A program made the translations under genes and the position numbers. A model generated the notes under the pieces. The model did not search any database. It was given only the letters and a program-made list of their open reading frames with translations, and was not told the origin of the DNA. 64,000 nucleotides of DNA from Eledone cirrhosa (Eukaryota): assembly GCA_964016885.1 (NCBI GenBank), contig OZ024754.1, forward strand, positions 15,500,001 to 15,564,000, given 5' to 3'. This document shows, one piece after another, positions 63,582-64,000 of the stretch. Numbering within the stretch: position 1 is the first letter of the stretch; each line of letters begins with the position of its first letter.

Positions 63582-64000
63582 TTCGGAGGTATCTGGTTGA
63601 CATTAGCACAAACGTTACTGGTCCCCAAGAACAAAGACACCCACTTGGCAAAAAACTACCGACCCATTGCATGCCAGAACTTGATGTATAAGATGTATAC
63701 AGCTTGCCTGAACCTATTCCTCCAAGATCACTGTGAAAATAATAACATCATCACATGAACAAGCAGCTGGAAAGAAAGGGGTTTGGGGATGTGCTGAACA
63801 ACTCCTAATCAACAAAACTGCGATGTCGGAGGTGCGACAACTTAGGAGGAATATGGCTACAGTCTGGCTGGACTACAGGAAAGCTTTCGATTCTGTTCCC
63901 CACTCTTGGACGATAGAAGCCCTCCAACTTGCTAAAGTCCCAGACATTATTGTCAGAGCCATAGAGAGGCTGTCTTCTTGGGCTACTATCCTAAGGTTAA
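63582..64000 (+). mobile_element. R4/Dong-like RT fragment (runs off the window)
   Basis: WLT..QTLLVPK...[33 protein letters not shown]; one frameshift near 63755. Confidence 0.8.

Overview
Repeat-dense eukaryotic genomic DNA, most likely from an octopus or other cephalopod (inferred from its tRNA-derived SINE family and huge (TA)n/(CA)n tracts). It holds nested non-LTR retrotransposons (Tx1-like, R4/Dong-like, RTE-like, CRE-like) that sit in microsatellites, many SINE copies, MITEs and two Penelope-like (PLE) fragments. A few candidate host exons lie on the minus strand. Nearly all short ORFs in the supplied track are microsatellite artefacts. The main signal is RNA-based. A head-to-tail array at 50795-53721 has 9.4 nearly identical 310/312-bp units. 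Each full unit carries a type I hammerhead ribozyme on the minus strand inside a highly self-complementary monomer, which fits a retrozyme that could yield circular RNA. The array is fused to a PLE fragment. Outside it, about ten further hammerhead sequence families occur in short (TA)n-flanked modules. Many are arranged as fold-back palindromes, and some have unusual catalytic cores (UUGAUAA with a compensatory U3-A8 pair, CAGAAGA, CUGAUGU). All structures were read by eye; none was computed or tested.
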